From contig CAVSQW010000007.1 in NCBI GenBank assembly GCA_963730185.1, positions 416,001 to 480,000 on the forward strand: DNA of 64,000 nt, read 5' to 3'. The position numbers were made by a program, and so were the translations under genes. Under the pieces are notes generated by a model. That model was not told the DNA's origin and searched no databases. It worked only from the letters and a program-made list of their open reading frames with translations. The first letter of the stretch is position 1. The number at the start of each line of letters is the position of its first letter. Below, one piece after another: positions 44,918-53,631 of the stretch. Source of the stretch: an uncultured Gemmatimonadales bacterium. GTDB taxonomy: Bacteria; Gemmatimonadota; Gemmatimonadetes; Gemmatimonadales; GWC2-71-9.

Positions 44918-45658
44918 CTAGTCGGCGAAGTCGGGCGACTCCCGGGTCAGAATCCGCTTCACGGCTTCGAGGTGCTTCCTCGGCTGATCGGCGGCGTCGG
45001 GATTGTCGGCTATCGCGGCGACGAAGGCTCGCTGGACCCGGTCGGGAATCGGGCGGAGCGGCCGGCCGGTCGACATTGCCAGCACCTGGACCTGGCAGGC
45101 CCGCTCCAGGAAATAGAGGTCGTTGAACGCCTCGTGGATGGTCGGTCCGGTGACCATGACGCCGTGGTGGCCGAGGAAGAGCACGCTCTTCTCGCCCATG
45201 GCCTCGGCCATCCGGTCTCCCTCGGTGGGATCGAGAGCCAGACCCTCGTAGGCGTCGAGGTACGCGATCCGGCCGGCGAACTGCAGCGCGTTCTGCGACA
45301 CCATCTCCACCCGTCCGCCGTCGATCACCGTCAACGCCGTCGCGTACGGCATGTGGGTGTGCAGGACGGCCCGGGCCCGGGGATGGCGGCGGTGGAGTCG
45401 GGAGTGGATGAAGAAGGCCGTATCTTCGACCGCGCCCGAGCCGTCCAGGACGTTCCGGTCGGCATCGGCCAGCACCAGATCGCGGGCTCGGAGCTCACGC
45501 CAGTGGAGCCCGATCGGATTCACCAGAAACCGGCGCCCGTCGTCGTCCACGGCGTAGCTGAAGTGGTTGTCGATGCCCTCGTTGAGGCCGAGCCGCTCGG
45601 ACCACCGGAACGCGGCCGCCAGGTCGATCCGGGCCTGGCGGATGGACTCGGCGCTCAT
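44918..45658 (-). CDS. Class II aldolase/adducin family protein
   Basis: EGIDNHFS, FFIHSRLH, VLHTH, LGHHG; ATGA overlap with the VOC gene. Confidence 0.9.
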   Translation of the reverse strand: MSAESIRQARIDLAAAFRWSERLGLNEGIDNHFSYAVDDDGRRFLVNPIGLHWRELRARDLVLADADRNVLDGSGAVEDTAFFIHSRLHRRHPRARAVLHTHMPYATALTVIDGGRVEMVSQNALQFAGRIAYLDAYEGLALDPTEGDRMAEAMGEKSVLFLGHHGVMVTGPTIHEAFNDLYFLERACQVQVLAMSTGRPLRPIPDRVQRAFVAAIADNPDAADQPRKHLEAVKRILTRESPDFAD

Positions 45659-46044
45659 GCCGCCACCGCCTTCTCCTCCATGACGGCCAGCACGTTGTCC
45701 TCGGTGTCCTCGAAGAACGCCATCCAGAGCTCGTGGGTCGGCGCCCGATGCACGAGGTGGGGCTCGTCCTTGAACCGCACCCCGCGCTCCCGAAGCGTCG
45801 CGCACACGGTCTCGATTCCAGCGACCTTGAAGTAGAGGATCGAGCCGGGGTGGTCGTGCTCCTTGCCCTCGGGCTTCGAGAGCATCAGCCGGACCTCGCC
45901 GGCGCGGACGAACGCCAGCCCCGGGAACTGGAACAGGAACGGCAGCCCGAGCCGGTCACGATAGAAGCTCAGGGCGCGCTCGACGTCGTGGACCACGACG
46001 GCGATCTGGCCGATCGACGAGGTGGCGAGATCGGATCCGGGCAT
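45655..46044 (-). CDS. VOC/glyoxalase family protein
   Basis: IGQIAVVVHDVERALSFY, WMAFFEDTEDN. Confidence 0.9.
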   Translation of the reverse strand: MPGSDLATSSIGQIAVVVHDVERALSFYRDRLGLPFLFQFPGLAFVRAGEVRLMLSKPEGKEHDHPGSILYFKVAGIETVCATLRERGVRFKDEPHLVHRAPTHELWMAFFEDTEDNVLAVMEEKAVAA

Positions 46045-46111
46045 GGCTTCCTCCGGCTTTGACGTAGCGGGGACCGCGGTGTAGCGTTGAGCGATTCGAC
46101 GACCATGATAC

Positions 46112-46124
46112 TTAGCTTGGCTAA
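46112..46124. promoter_or_regulatory. Probable MarR operator
   Basis: AT-rich inverted repeat TTAGC-TTG-GCTAA between the divergent VOC and marR genes. Confidence 0.55.
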
Positions 46125-46133
46125 CTAAATACG

Positions 46134-46592
46134 ATGCCCAGGGCGACCCGTCAAGCCGGCTCCCGAGCGGGGCCGGGCGAGGTGGCCAACCGGCTCCATT
46201 CGGCCGCGATCCACCTCCTCCGTCGTCTCCGGGTGGAGGATACCGCGGCCGGCCTGAGCGGTCCCCGTCTGTCCGCCCTGTCGGTGGTGGTGTTCGGCGG
46301 TCCGCTGGCGCTGGGCCAGTTGGCGAAGGCGGAGCAGGTCCGCCCGCCGACCATGTCGCGTCTGGTGGCCGGCCTGGCCCGGGCGGGGCTGGTGTCGGTC
46401 GAGCGGGACCCGGACGATCGTCGGGTCCAGCGGATCGAGGCGACGGCCCGAGGACGGAGTCTGCTCGAGGCGGGACGGGCCCGGCGGGTCCGGCGTCTGA
46501 CCCGTGACCTGGCCGCGCTGTCGCGCGACGAATACGGCAACCTGGTCCGCGCGCTCGACGTGCTGGAGCGTCTCGCCCGCGGGCAGCGCTGA
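46134..46592 (+). CDS. MarR family transcriptional regulator
   Basis: LSALSVV, LAKAEQVRPPTMSRLV, DPDDRR, TARG. Confidence 0.9.
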   Translation: MPRATRQAGSRAGPGEVANRLHSAAIHLLRRLRVEDTAAGLSGPRLSALSVVVFGGPLALGQLAKAEQVRPPTMSRLVAGLARAGLVSVERDPDDRRVQRIEATARGRSLLEAGRARRVRRLTRDLAALSRDEYGNLVRALDVLERLARGQR

Positions 46593-46637
46593 CCCGTCGG
46601 CGCGCCCGTCCACCCCTCCACCCCTCACTCCCGACTC

Positions 46638-47855
46638 ATGTCCAATCGACGCGCCGTCAACCTCGCCATCCTGGTCGCCGCGCTGGGCTACTTCGTCGAC
46701 ATCTACGACCTGATCCTCTTCAGCGTGGTCCGGGTCAACAGCCTCCACGGGATCGGGATCGTCGGCGAGACGGCGGTGCTGAACGCCGGGGTGCTGCTCC
46801 TCAATCGGCAGATGTGGGGGATGCTGGTCGGCGGCGTGATCTGGGGGATCCTGGGCGACGTTCGGGGACGTCTCTCGGTCCTGTTCGGATCCATCCTGCT
46901 GTACTCGGTGGCCAACCTGGCCAACGCCATGGTCACCTCGCTGGGCGCCTACGAGGTCCTTCGTTTCCTGGCCGGGGTCGGCCTGGCCGGCGAGTTGGGC
47001 GCGGGCATTACCCTGGTGAGCGAGATGATGCGGAAGGAGTCGCGAGGATACGGAACCTCGCTGGTGGCCGCCATCGGCATCCTCGGCGCGATCGTGGCCG
47101 AGCTGGTGTCGGAGGCGTTCCACTGGAGGATGGCGTACGTCGTGGGAGGCGTCCTCGGTCTCCTGCTCCTGATTCTCCGGGTCAGCGTCCGGGAGTCGCC
47201 CATGTTCCAGATGGCCAAGACCACCTCGGCGCGCCGGGGCAACTTCTTCATGCTGTTCCAGCGCCGGGATCGCCTGATCCGCTACGTGTCGGTCATCCTG
47301 GTCGGCGTGCCGATCTGGTACGTCATCGGGATCCTGGTGACCTTCTCGCCCGAGTTCGCCAAGGAAATGGGGCTCCCGTTCGTGCCCAGCGCGGGGCGGG
47401 CGATTCTCTGGCTCTACGCGGGTCTGGTCGTCGGCGACCTGGCCAGCGGGTTTCTGAGTCAGTATCTGAAGAGCCGGCGCCGGGCCATGGCCATCTTTCT
47501 CGGGCTCACCGTGCTGGCCTGTCTGGCCTATTTCCTCGAGGTATCCCGATCGCTCACGTCGTTCTACGGGCTCTGCGTCGGGATGGGCTTCGCGACCGGC
47601 TATTGGGCCGTATTCGTGACGATGTCGGCGGAGCAGTTCGGGACCAATCTCCGGGCCACGGCGGCGACCACCACCCCCAACTTCGTTCGGGGGGCGATGG
47701 TTCCGATGACCGCGCTCTTCCAGATGGGGCGGGAGGCGTTCGGGATCGTCGGGTCGGGGATCGCCCTGGGGCTGTTGGTGTTGGGCCTTGCCGTAGCATC
47801 ATTGGCGGGGTTGCAGGAGACGTTCGGCAAGGACCTGGACTACCTGGAGGAATAG
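46638..47855 (+). CDS. MFS transporter
   Basis: About 12 TM helices; LGDVRGR motif A, RFLAGVGLAGE, EQFGTNLRATA. Confidence 0.9.
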   Translation: MSNRRAVNLAILVAALGYFVDIYDLILFSVVRVNSLHGIGIVGETAVLNAGVLLLNRQMWGMLVGGVIWGILGDVRGRLSVLFGSILLYSVANLANAMVTSLGAYEVLRFLAGVGLAGELGAGITLVSEMMRKESRGYGTSLVAAIGILGAIVAELVSEAFHWRMAYVVGGVLGLLLLILRVSVRESPMFQMAKTTSARRGNFFMLFQRRDRLIRYVSVILVGVPIWYVIGILVTFSPEFAKEMGLPFVPSAGRAILWLYAGLVVGDLASGFLSQYLKSRRRAMAIFLGLTVLACLAYFLEVSRSLTSFYGLCVGMGFATGYWAVFVTMSAEQFGTNLRATAATTTPNFVRGAMVPMTALFQMGREAFGIVGSGIALGLLVLGLAVASLAGLQETFGKDLDYLEE

Positions 47856-47857
47856 CG

Positions 47858-48283
47858 GTGCGCGTCACCCAGTCGATCGTGATCGCCCTGGCTGCGACGG
47901 CCGCGGTCACGGCGTGTATCAGCAGCACGGCGGTGGATCCGGCCAAGCAGGTCCATACGGCCATCCGCGGTTTCATCGTGGACCAGAACGGCGACGGCGT
48001 AGGCGCGCCGCTGGTCTCCATCACCATCGTCGGGGCGCCCAGCGGCGGCAGCGCCAAGCTGCTGGCCTCGACCCAGCTCGTGCCCGACGATGCCGGGCGA
48101 TTCGTCGTGACGTTCAGCGTCAACGACGAGGTCCCGCAGACCGGCTACGCCGCATTGAGCGTCATGCCGGCCCCCGGGACGGCGTTGGCCGGGCGGGACA
48201 CCTCCGGGATCCCGGTCCAGCTCCAGCGCGGCTTTCCCCCGGTCGACACCACCGTCGTGAGGATCGCGCTCCCGCCCCGCTGA
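47858..48283 (+). CDS. Hypothetical lipoprotein (beta-rich)
   Basis: GGAGG before GTG 47858; lipobox VTAC. Confidence 0.65.
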   Translation: MRVTQSIVIALAATAAVTACISSTAVDPAKQVHTAIRGFIVDQNGDGVGAPLVSITIVGAPSGGSAKLLASTQLVPDDAGRFVVTFSVNDEVPQTGYAALSVMPAPGTALAGRDTSGIPVQLQRGFPPVDTTVVRIALPPR

Positions 48284-48572
48284 CCCCGCGGCCCGACGCC
48301 GGGGGCCGGATCCCGCGGCCGATTGCGGCCCCGGCTTCGTCGCGGCGCCCTGCAACGTGGTGCAGGGTCGGCCCCGCCTCCGGCCGGATTCGCCGCCGCG
48401 TTCCGCGAGAGGCCTCCCCCGGCGAGATCGCGGGTCGTCGTGCAGCCGCTTGCGCGATCGGGCTCGGTCGGGCCTGAAGCGCTGGCAAAAAGGCGTGAAA
48501 GCCGCCGGTCAGGTAACGCCGGCGTGGGCTGATCGCGCACGACCTTTCACCTCGTCCCCCCCATCGGGTTCC

Positions 48573-48587
48573 GGGCACACAACCTGC
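48573..48587 (+). promoter_or_regulatory. Candidate sigma54 promoter
   Basis: GGGCAC-ACAAC-CTGC (GG-N10-GC) about 90 nt upstream of ATG 48676. Confidence 0.45.
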
Positions 48588-48675
48588 CCCCGACCAATTC
48601 CGGCAACGAATTCGCGGCGTCTCGTTCCTGCACTGGCGTGCAGACACGGGGGTCGCCTTGGCTCGGGGGGGCCCG

Positions 48676-49368
48676 ATGGATCATCCGATCTCGTTCGCGA
48701 GCCGACTCGTCGGCGTCCTGGGCCTGGTCGTCGCGCTCGGCGCGACGCCGGTCCAGGGACAGGCGGCCCGGACCACCGAGGCCAAGCCGGCCAGGACGAA
48801 GTCCACCCCGCCGCCCGGCTCCCCGGCGGCCGTCCGGCAAGGGATGTGGTTCGGTGCCGGCCTGGGGGCCGGGTCCGCCTCGCTCCATTGTCAGATCTGC
48901 TCGGGCGACCTGGGGAGCCGCGGGACCGCCGGCTACCTCCGCGCCGGTACCACGGTCAACGAGTTCTTCCTGCTTGGGGCCGAGCTGGATGCCTGGATGC
49001 GGTCGGATCAAGGGGGACACCAGCGGGTCTTCGCCCTCACCGGCGACGCGTACTGGTATCCAGACCCTCGCCACGGCTACTACGTGAAGGGCGGTTTCGG
49101 CTTCTCGAACTACCGGCAGTCCGCGGACGGTAACAACGGCGGCACCACCGCGGTCACCGCCGGGGCGTTCACGGGGCAGGTGGGGTTGGGGTACGAAGTC
49201 CGAATGAACCCGCGGATGTCGATCGTGCCCTATGCCAACCTGATCGGGTCCGCCAAGGGGCGGCTCTCGACCGAGCAGGACAACGGGACCCACTTCGAGC
49301 GAAACCGGCTCGACACCAGCGGCAACGTCATCCTGCTCCAGATCGGCCTCGGCCTGACCTGGCACTGA
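48676..49368 (+). CDS. Small outer-membrane beta-barrel protein
   Basis: Signal peptide, Gly/aromatic alternating strands, CQIC loop, C-terminal LGLTWH. Confidence 0.75.
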   Translation: MDHPISFASRLVGVLGLVVALGATPVQGQAARTTEAKPARTKSTPPPGSPAAVRQGMWFGAGLGAGSASLHCQICSGDLGSRGTAGYLRAGTTVNEFFLLGAELDAWMRSDQGGHQRVFALTGDAYWYPDPRHGYYVKGGFGFSNYRQSADGNNGGTTAVTAGAFTGQVGLGYEVRMNPRMSIVPYANLIGSAKGRLSTEQDNGTHFERNRLDTSGNVILLQIGLGLTWH

Positions 49369-49412
49369 GCGCCACGCGACCACGTCCGACGCCTTTCAGG
49401 GGGAATCGTCGT

Positions 49413-50669
49413 ATGCAGCGGAAGCCGAACATCGTCACCCGGGGCGCCGCCATCGTCTGGTTGGCCGCCTGGACCGGGGCGCTGGGCTGCGGCTCGGCCT
49501 CGATCGCCGGGCTGGACCCGGACACCCACCCGCACAGCGTCGCCTTCGATGCCTGGCAGCCTGGTCCCGGTGATACCTGCCCGATCTCGATCCACCAGAA
49601 GTACGCCGCGCTCGGGCCCGACGGGAAGCTCTACCCGACCTGGCATCCGCCGGTCGATCCCGAGACCGGATGCACCTTCGGCCACGAGCACGGGCGTGAC
49701 CCGCACGGCTCGAACCTCTATGCCTCGGTGGGCGACATCCCGCTGGGCTACGCCAACGAGCAGCTCGACGCCTACGATCCCGGCGGGAAGCGGCACGAGG
49801 ATCATTTCGGCCACAAGTACGAGTGGGAGAACGACGTCCAGATGCGGGTCGGCAATGGCGGTGGCGTGCTCTCGGTCAAGTGCGACATCATGTACAAGCT
49901 GCACCAGGGCACCCACTCCAAGGACGCCTTCACCAACAACCTCCACGAGGTCGTGTACCACGCTCGCTGTACCGACGGCACCGAGGTCCACATGACCATC
50001 ATGGCGGCCATCGGAACCCCGGGCGAGTTCACCCGGACCTGCGACGGCGCTCACATCCACGTGGGCGACCCGACGCCGCTCAACTCGCCCAACGGCGGCG
50101 GCCAGCGGGTCATCCCCGACATCAGCTGCGTGGACCAGTTCATGTTGGTGGCCGACGGCCAGAACTCCAACGTCGACAAGGCGCTCCACGAGAGCTGGCA
50201 GCAGTCGCTCTCGATCCGGACCGACGACGGTCGAACGCTGGCCAGCATGAATCCGTATTTCCAGGTGTTCCTCCCGAGCCGGTTCTACGATCCCGCCAAG
50301 GGAGACGTGACCGGGCGGCCGATCGACGTCTGCTATCTGACGGCGGCCAACGGCGACCGGGCGCACACCGGCCTCTGCAACGACGCCACCCAGAACGGGA
50401 CCGTCGCCGGCATCGGGTACAACGATCCGCGATCGCCGTTCAACGGCGTGCGCCGGGTCCTGGACGTCAACTCGCTCGACATCAACAACTCCGACGGGCC
50501 GACGGTGTGGTATACCGATCCGTTCGGACGCCACGCGGCGACCAGCCCCTTCCCGGGCTCGATCCGTCAGTACGTCGCCCGAATCAACAACACCGGCCTC
50601 GATCTCTCGGGCCCGGGCATCGGATCGAACCGGAACTACGGGGGGCCGGGGGTCCACCCGCCGAACTGA
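49413..50669 (+). CDS. Hypothetical His/Cys-rich lipoprotein
   Basis: Lipobox ALGC; GHEHG, HEDHFGH, HQGTH motifs; strong GC3 codon bias. Confidence 0.75.
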   Translation: MQRKPNIVTRGAAIVWLAAWTGALGCGSASIAGLDPDTHPHSVAFDAWQPGPGDTCPISIHQKYAALGPDGKLYPTWHPPVDPETGCTFGHEHGRDPHGSNLYASVGDIPLGYANEQLDAYDPGGKRHEDHFGHKYEWENDVQMRVGNGGGVLSVKCDIMYKLHQGTHSKDAFTNNLHEVVYHARCTDGTEVHMTIMAAIGTPGEFTRTCDGAHIHVGDPTPLNSPNGGGQRVIPDISCVDQFMLVADGQNSNVDKALHESWQQSLSIRTDDGRTLASMNPYFQVFLPSRFYDPAKGDVTGRPIDVCYLTAANGDRAHTGLCNDATQNGTVAGIGYNDPRSPFNGVRRVLDVNSLDINNSDGPTVWYTDPFGRHAATSPFPGSIRQYVARINNTGLDLSGPGIGSNRNYGGPGVHPPN

Positions 50670-50702
50670 GCCAACGGACCGCGGGCTCGAGTTCCCGCGG
50701 CG

Positions 50703-50758
50703 AGAGGGTAGGGGGTGCGGTCCGGTTTGGGGGAACCGGGTCGTGCCCTCTACCCTCT
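50703..50758 (+). other. 26-bp RNA hairpin (six G-U pairs, no mismatches on the + strand)
   Basis: AGAGGGTAGGGGGTGCGGTCCGGTTT-GGGG-GAACCGGGTCGTGCCCTCTACCCTCT. Confidence 0.7.
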
Positions 50759-50837
50759 TCGGCGTCTTCGGCTTACCCTCAGGACGTCGGTTCCGACGGG
50801 CCGGCGCTTCATCCTCACACCTCAGAGCGTTACTGCG

Positions 50838-52235
50838 ATGACCAGATTCCTGGCCGTTCTGCTGCTCGGCACGCTGGCCGCCGGCGACCTCGCCGCCCAG
50901 GTTCCCCGAACCGAACGGCAACGCTGGCTCGATTCCACCACGGTTACCACGGACGACCCACGCCGGATTCCGATGCCGCCCTGGTACAATGCCCCCGAGG
51001 GCAGTCTCGTCCTCCGCGGCGGTCGGGTCTGGGACGGCACCGGCGCGGGCGCCCGCCCGGCGACCGTGGTCGTGGTCAGGAACCGGATCGCGGCGATCCT
51101 CCCGCCCAACGCCAGCGAGTGGCCCAAGGACGCCCGAGTGATCGACGTGAGCGGGCGGACCGTCATGCCCGGCCTGATCGACCTCCATACCCATCTCGAC
51201 TACTCCGAGCCCGGGATGTCCGAGGAGCGTGCCTGGAGCACGGCGGACGGCGCGCTGCGGGGCATGGAGCGGCTCCGGTTCTATCTCGAGAGCGGCATCA
51301 CGGCGGTGCGGGACGTCGCCTCGCAGGGCGACACGCCGTTCCTCCTCAAGGGCTGGGTGGCGCAGGGGCGGATTCCCGGTCCCCGGATCTTCGCGGCCGG
51401 GTCGTTGATCACCGGGGTTGGTGGCCACGGCGCCGAGGTCGAGATGTCCACCGGACGACCGCTGCCGGCGATTCGCGAGGCCACGGGCCCCGACGACTGG
51501 CGCCGAGCGGTGCGGGAGCAGTTTCGGAAGGGCGCCGACCTGATCAAGATCGCCAGCCACTACAGTGAGGAAGAAGTCAAAGCCGCGGTCGAGGAAGCCC
51601 ACGATCTCGGGCTCAAGGTCACCGCCGATGCGGAGACGTTCTACATCGAGCGGGCGGTCCGGGCCGGCGTCGACATGATCGAGCATCCGTTGCCGCGGAC
51701 CGACGAGACGATCCGCCTCATGGCGGAGCGAGGCACCCAGGCCGATCCCACCCTGATTCCCTACATCATCATCTTCGATCAGCTCGGTGGCTACTATGGC
51801 GCCACCAGCCGGCGCTTCACCTTTTCGAAGGAGGCCAACTTCAAGGTCCTCCTCCGGATGAAGGCGGCCGGCATCAAGATGGGGGTCGGCACCGACCTGG
51901 TGGCCAACTGGTTCCGTTACCTGCCCATGCCCTACCTGATGGAGCTCAAGCAGTTCGTGGCCGCCGGATACTCCGTGCCGGAGGTCCTCCAGATCGCCAC
52001 CAAGACGAACGCCGAGCTGCTCGACATGGGCGACAAGCTCGGCACCCTGGAAGCCGGCAAGCTGGCCGACATCCTGGTGGTCGACGGCAAGCCCGACCAG
52101 AACCTCGACGACCTCCTCAAGGTCGACCTGGTCGTCGGGAACGGGCGGGTCGAGCTCGAGCGGGGGCAGGTGGTGATTCCCCGGCACGTGCCGCTGCCGA
52201 TGCCCCAGCGAACCGGCGAGACCAAGGTGCCCTGA
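50838..52235 (+). CDS. Secreted amidohydrolase family protein (Xaa-Pro dipeptidase-like)
   Basis: PGLIDLHTH, ADLIK, IEHP, GTD, GKLAD. Confidence 0.88.
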   Translation: MTRFLAVLLLGTLAAGDLAAQVPRTERQRWLDSTTVTTDDPRRIPMPPWYNAPEGSLVLRGGRVWDGTGAGARPATVVVVRNRIAAILPPNASEWPKDARVIDVSGRTVMPGLIDLHTHLDYSEPGMSEERAWSTADGALRGMERLRFYLESGITAVRDVASQGDTPFLLKGWVAQGRIPGPRIFAAGSLITGVGGHGAEVEMSTGRPLPAIREATGPDDWRRAVREQFRKGADLIKIASHYSEEEVKAAVEEAHDLGLKVTADAETFYIERAVRAGVDMIEHPLPRTDETIRLMAERGTQADPTLIPYIIIFDQLGGYYGATSRRFTFSKEANFKVLLRMKAAGIKMGVGTDLVANWFRYLPMPYLMELKQFVAAGYSVPEVLQIATKTNAELLDMGDKLGTLEAGKLADILVVDGKPDQNLDDLLKVDLVVGNGRVELERGQVVIPRHVPLPMPQRTGETKVP

Positions 52236-52278
52236 GGGCCGGCCGGTTGCGGGTGGCCGGCCCCCGGCGTAGACTTAT

Positions 52279-52288
52279 TTGTATACAA
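52279..52288. promoter_or_regulatory. GntR-type palindromic operator
   Basis: TTGTATACAA in an AT-rich island upstream of the dipeptidase gene. Confidence 0.6.
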
Positions 52289-52374
52289 TTATGAATTCAC
52301 CGGGCTTTGGGGGTGGCCGCCCGCGCCCCCGCCGGCCGGTGGTCCCCTGCCCGGATCCATTTCCTGGAGGTCGT

Positions 52375-53565
52375 ATGTCGTCACCGTCCCGGCGTCTGTC
52401 CCGGCGGGAGCTGCTCCGTGCGGGCGCCGCCGCGTTCGCGGTCGCCCCGATGATCAACCGGGGGCGCTTTCGGCTGTTCCCGTGGAGCGCCACGGAATAC
52501 TCGACCCGGTGCATTCGTTTGGTCGAGAGCTCGTTGGTCATCGACATGTTGAGCCCGCTCACCCTGAACTTCCCGCTGGGGAAGAAGTGGGCCACCAATC
52601 CGGAGACCTTCACGGCGGAGGACTTCCAGCGCTTCCGCTCGTCGTCGATCAACGTGTTCCACACCGCGGTCGGCTTCGGGGGGCCGAACGCCTACGAAGA
52701 CGGGCTCCGCTTCTTCATGGGCCAGAACACGCTCATCGCCGGCCGGGACGATTACTTCATGCGGATCGACAGCCCGGGTGACCTGGACCGGGTCCACGGG
52801 TCCGGCAAGCTCGGGATCCTGCTGGGCGCCCAGAATTCGGATCACTTCGTCAAGCCGGACTACGATCGGAAGGACATGCTGGACACCGTGGACGAGTTCT
52901 ACGGGTACGGGCAGCGGGTCTCCCAGCTCACGTACAACTCCCGGAACTGGTTCGGGAGCGGGTCCACCGAGCGGGCCGACGGCGGCCTCAGCGACATGGG
53001 CGTGGCCGTGATCGAGCGGATGAACAAGGTCGGGATGGCGGTCGACACCGGCCACAGTGGTGACCGGACCACGCTCGACGCATTCGAGGTGTCGACAAAG
53101 CCGGTGCTCGTGACCCACTCGAACGTGCGGGCCCTGAATCCCGGCCACCCCCGCTGCAAGCCCGACGAGGTGATCCGCGCGGTCGGGAAGGCGGGGAGCG
53201 TCATGGGCATCACCGGGGTCCGGAACTTCGTCAAGGGATCGGAGCCCACCACCATCGAAGACCTGCTCAACCACTACGACTACGTCGCCAAGATGATCGG
53301 GGTGGAGCACGTCGGGGTGGGGAGCGACATCGACCTCGACGGGTACGACGACATGCCCGCCGAGGACTACAAGCGCCTCAAGGCCGGCTACAAGGGGAGC
53401 TATGCCTTCCGCGACAAGATCGACATCGACGAGGTGGCCCATCCCAAGCGGATGTACGACCTCACCGACGGCTTGATCCGGCGGAAGTACAACGACCAGG
53501 AGATTGCCGGCATCCTGGGGGGCAACTTCAAGCGAGTGTTGACCGAGATCTGGACCACGAGCTGA
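52375..53565 (+). CDS. Membrane dipeptidase (M19) with Tat signal
   Basis: GGAGG RBS; SRRELL; QLTYN, DTGH, THSN, VGVGSD. Confidence 0.9.
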   Translation: MSSPSRRLSRRELLRAGAAAFAVAPMINRGRFRLFPWSATEYSTRCIRLVESSLVIDMLSPLTLNFPLGKKWATNPETFTAEDFQRFRSSSINVFHTAVGFGGPNAYEDGLRFFMGQNTLIAGRDDYFMRIDSPGDLDRVHGSGKLGILLGAQNSDHFVKPDYDRKDMLDTVDEFYGYGQRVSQLTYNSRNWFGSGSTERADGGLSDMGVAVIERMNKVGMAVDTGHSGDRTTLDAFEVSTKPVLVTHSNVRALNPGHPRCKPDEVIRAVGKAGSVMGITGVRNFVKGSEPTTIEDLLNHYDYVAKMIGVEHVGVGSDIDLDGYDDMPAEDYKRLKAGYKGSYAFRDKIDIDEVAHPKRMYDLTDGLIRRKYNDQEIAGILGGNFKRVLTEIWTTS

Positions 53566-53631
53566 GCCGGCGGTTCCGGCCCTCGGGCCGGACCGTTCGG
53601 GACGCGGCGGGACGACAACGGGAGGGGTTCG

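Noticed and set aside
48480..48540. GGCAAA...GAAA segment resembling a c-di-GMP riboswitch
   Set aside because: The P2 stem and the conserved downstream GCAAAG element could not be built.
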